Shown here in pieces: positions 17,928 through 20,251 of a stretch of 20,251 nucleotides of DNA. The position numbers and the translations under genes were made by a program. This DNA comes from Verrucomicrobiota bacterium (GTDB lineage Bacteria > Verrucomicrobiota > Verrucomicrobiia > Limisphaerales > CANJSG01): assembly GCA_038209745.1 (NCBI GenBank), contig JBBQXJ010000085.1, positions 1-20,251 of the forward strand, given 5' to 3'. Numbering within the stretch: position 1 is the stretch's first letter; each line of letters begins with the position of its first letter. The notes beneath the pieces were generated by a model. That model saw nothing but the letters and a program-made list of their open reading frames with translations. It did no database searches and had not been told where the DNA came from.

Positions 17928-18233
17928 GTGATTCCGCAGGATATCCAGAGCATCGGCGACGAACTCGCCATCAAGTGGCCGGACGGCACCGAGCAGTTCC
18001 TCCGACTCGAAGCCCTTCGCCGAGCCTGCCCCTGCGCGGGTTGTGCCGGTGAAAAGGACATCATGGGCCACACCTACCGGGCCGTTCCCCAGCCCCTCGG
18101 ACCCGCCTCCTACCGGCTGCGGCGTTGGATCCCGATCGGCGGCTACGGCTTCCAGCTCTTTTGGGAAGATGGCCACAACACCGGCATCTATTCCGCCGAA
18201 TACCTCGCCAAGATCGCCGGCGCCCCGCAATAG
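17928..18233 (+). CDS. DUF971 (gamma-butyrobetaine hydroxylase N-terminal-like) protein
   Basis: LAIKWPDG, LRRACPCAGC and IGGYGFQLFWEDGHNTGIYS..YL. Confidence 0.92.
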   Translation: MIPQDIQSIGDELAIKWPDGTEQFLRLEALRRACPCAGCAGEKDIMGHTYRAVPQPLGPASYRLRRWIPIGGYGFQLFWEDGHNTGIYSAEYLAKIAGAPQ

Positions 18234-18276
18234 CCAGTCCATTCCGAGAAGGCGAAAGCCCCCGCTGATCCGCCAT

Positions 18277-18544
18277 CCGGTTCTCCTCCTCGGAGGGGTC
18301 AGGGGTGGGTTTCAGCAGAGCCGCCTTCCCGGTTTTCCTCCTCGGAGGGGTCAGGGGTGGGTTTCAGTAAAGCCACCGTCCGGTTCCCCTCCTCGGAGGG
18401 GCCAGGGGTGGGTTTCAGCAGAGCCCCCTTCCGGTTCCCCTCCTCGGAGGGGCCAGGGGTGGGTTTCAGCAGAGCCCCCTTCTCAGTTCCCCTCCTCGGA
18501 GGGGTCAGGGGTGGGTTTCAGTAAAGCCACCGTCCGGTTCCCCT
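18277..18544. repeat. Tandem array, 5 full units plus 1 partial, period 51/52 bp
   Basis: Units start at 18277, 18329, 18380, 18431, 18483 and 18534 (partial). Core GTTYYCCTCCTCGGAGGGGYCAGGGGTGGGTTTCAG is followed by a 12-13 bp variable tail. Confidence 0.95.
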
Positions 18545-18591
18545 AATCCGAAACGATGCAGTCGGGGTTGGGGAGCGCGCCCGCCCCGGGC

Positions 18592-18650
18592 GCATTGGAC
18601 CGCGCCCTCGCGGTCCATCGGAGGCGCAGGCAACGATTCATCGCCTGCTG
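18592..18650. repeat. Dispersed 59-bp repeat, copy 2
   Basis: 51/59 identity with 10389-10447. Contains the perfect hairpin TGGACCGCG-CCCT-CGCGGTCCA. Confidence 0.85.
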
Positions 18651-18739
18651 TGTCCCGACGCCTCCGTGTCCGACGCGGGGCGCGCCGGACAGCAGCCGGG
18701 GCGGCTGCGATCCCCATTCATTTCCACGGCATCGTTCCG

Positions 18740-18797
18740 CCCCATCCGACCTTCGCCCACCCTCCCCCGTCCGATGGGGACTGGGTCAAGGAGAGGG
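18740..18797. repeat. Degenerate palindromic repeat of the CCCTCTCCC..GGGAGAGGG class
   Basis: CCCCATCCGACCTTCGCCCACCCTCCCCCGTCCGATGGGGACTGGGTCAAGGAGAGGG resembles widespread intergenic repeats often seen beside DUF559 endonuclease genes (recalled, not searched). Confidence 0.35.
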
Positions 18798-18805
18798 TCT
18801 TCTTG

Positions 18806-20015
18806 ACTATTGACCTGTCCCTTTGTCATATTATTTAACTTGCTATACCCACCCTCCCCAGCCACCGAAAGTAGCGAGGAACCACATTTTGATGAAAACG
18901 AGTGCTTTGTTCATACAGTTAGTGATAATAGGCGTTGCTATCACCTCGGCGAGGGCGTCCATTTTTGAAAATACCATTAACGTCTATAAATATGGTCCGC
19001 CGACGTATTCAGCAGACGATGTTGACCGAATAACTTGGACTTTGGTGGGGGATTTAAAAAAGCAACAACTAAGAGACCAACCTGACCTTTTCTCGATTTT
19101 CTTAAACGAACAGTTGGACGAATCTGCTCATGAAGCCATGTCCAAATATGCCGCCGCAGAGGCAAAGATAAATGACTTTCATTCAGATTCAGGACGCAAA
19201 CAACTTAAGCTGATTACAGATGCCACAGACATTGACGCCATTTTAGCCACGAATCTTAATCGAATCGTTCGAGGCCCATGTATTTATGAAAAGAAGCGTT
19301 TTCGGGATGTTGAATTAAGCCGGCAAACAAAAAGTCTTTTAAAGCAAAACCCGAAAGGCGATGACTTGCTCCGTCTTAATTGGTTGCTGCTGAAAGACGC
19401 CCGCCTAGACTTTTCTAAGGGGGCAATTCAAGCTGATGGCGAAATAACCGGTGCATTCAAACAATCGGAACGTATTCTACACATTGAGATATTTCCAATG
19501 AAATTGTCGGAAGCAGAGCTTCAAGACATATGGGTTTCCTTTTCACCAACTAATCGGCTTTCTTTGATCGAAATCACGGAAGACAAAATTAAACCATATG
19601 CCGATGATCATCATGCTTTTCAGTTTGTAGACGGTAGGCTTGTAAGATTTACAGTTAATGTTTACGGCTATGCCTATCCAAATTTCAAAAAGGGCAACGT
19701 CGTTGGCTTAGGTTCAACAAGAAATGCGAGTGCTTTGACCTTGCCATGTTCCGTGGCAGATTTTGAGAAAGTTTTTGGAAAAGCTGATGAAATTGTGCGA
19801 AAAACCATGTGGTAAATGGCTATAACGTGTGATTTCGGCAACTCAACTTTCCCCCTACGCCGCCCCGCGCCGTCAGGCCGGCTGCAAGAATCAAAGGCGA
19901 GCCGTCCTGCCATCGCGGGCCTGCTCGCTAAAGACAACGTCAGTCTGCCCGTGGCGTCGTCCGTCTCGTCACGCGGAACAATACAGAGAACAATACAAAG
20001 GGACAGGTCAATAGT
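18806..20015. mobile_element. Putative non-autonomous cassette bounded by perfect 21-bp inverted repeats
   Basis: ACTATTGACCTGTCCCTTTGT (18806-18826) and its exact reverse complement ACAAAGGGACAGGTCAATAGT (19995-20015) enclose a low-GC ORF. No transposase inside and no obvious target-site duplication. Confidence 0.6.
18892..19815 (+). CDS. Low-GC secreted hypothetical protein (307 aa)
   Basis: GAGGA at 18876-18880, ATG 18892, signal peptide MKTSALFIQLVIIGVAITSARA. Two sampled 60-bp lines have 22/60 and 25/60 G+C, far below the flanking genes. Confidence 0.85.
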   Translation: MKTSALFIQLVIIGVAITSARASIFENTINVYKYGPPTYSADDVDRITWTLVGDLKKQQLRDQPDLFSIFLNEQLDESAHEAMSKYAAAEAKINDFHSDSGRKQLKLITDATDIDAILATNLNRIVRGPCIYEKKRFRDVELSRQTKSLLKQNPKGDDLLRLNWLLLKDARLDFSKGAIQADGEITGAFKQSERILHIEIFPMKLSEAELQDIWVSFSPTNRLSLIEITEDKIKPYADDHHAFQFVDGRLVRFTVNVYGYAYPNFKKGNVVGLGSTRNASALTLPCSVADFEKVFGKADEIVRKTMW

Positions 20016-20114
20016 GTGAGAACCACTACCTACGCCTACGGGTTTGACGGGAGCTCCAAGGACGGAGACCTTGCCGCCGTGGTCTATTCCCGCGATCCCG
20101 TCTCCACTCCCGGC
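20016..20114 (+). pseudogene. Rhs/YD-repeat-like gene fragment
   Basis: Reads VRTTTYAYGFDGSSKDGDLAAVVYSRDPVSTPG, resembling the Rhs core pattern TTTY.Y...GDL..v.YS...TP. Begins at the right IR and stops at the presumed IS end. Confidence 0.5.
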
Positions 20115-20251
20115 CATCGGCGTCCGAAGGCGGGTGTCATGATGCGGCGTAGAGGGAGGCGAGGCGTGGCACGGCGAGGGCTTCCGTGAGCCGGTCGCGC
20201 AGGGCGTGGCGGAGCCAGCGGAGGAACTTCACGCTGCGCTGGGTGGCCCGC
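20115..20251 (-). mobile_element. Right end of a probable insertion sequence (IS4-like), continues beyond window
   Basis: Candidate terminus CATCGGCGTCCGAAGG at 20115 lies 22 bp past the stop of a transposase-like C-terminus and coincides with truncation of the Rhs-like frame. Confidence 0.5.
20137..20251 (-). CDS. C-terminus of a probable IS4-family transposase (partial)
   Basis: RATQRSVKFLRWLRHALRDRLTEALAVPRLASLYAAS*. Family assignment is from recalled similarity only. Confidence 0.45.
   Translation of the reverse strand, partial: RATQRSVKFLRWLRHALRDRLTEALAVPRLASLYAAS

Noticed and set aside
18277..18544. CRISPR array
   Set aside because: The variable parts are only 12-13 bp, are related to each other and recur identically. 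There is no AT-rich leader and no cas gene in the window.
19816..19994. Integron attC site after the low-GC gene
   Set aside because: No convincing RYYYAAC..GTTRRRY pair with an internal palindrome was found by eye.
18796..20025. Complete autonomous IS with target-site duplication
   Set aside because: The enclosed ORF has a signal peptide and no DDE or HUH motifs, and the flanks (..TCTTCTTG / GTGAGAAC..) are not direct repeats.

Overview
High-GC bacterial chromosomal window. Gene content and repeat style suggest Verrucomicrobiota (inference). Most of it is ordinary genes: 3' end of an RbsD/FucU gene, mgtE, a sialate O-acetylesterase, an alpha/beta hydrolase, an OmpR-type two-component operon with a PIG-L deacetylase and a divergent secreted EF-hand gene, clpB, a GT2 glycosyltransferase, hslR and DUF971. 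Less ordinary items: (1) a secreted CX5R phosphatase-fold protein fused to a C-terminal CxxCH cytochrome-c'-like domain; (2) a secreted-protein gene with an apparent internal deletion and a G6-tract frameshift that hides its C-terminal RFFRL motif; (3) several GTAG-anchored REP/REPIN-like palindromes; (4) a plastic right end (about 17.6-20.25 kb). That end holds an ABC-ATPase fragment, a 5.2-copy 51/52-bp tandem array, a low-GC secreted ORF bracketed by perfect 21-bp inverted repeats, an Rhs/YD-like fragment and the end of a probable IS4-family element. No rRNA, tRNA or CRISPR was seen. Family calls come from motif recognition by eye; no searches were run.
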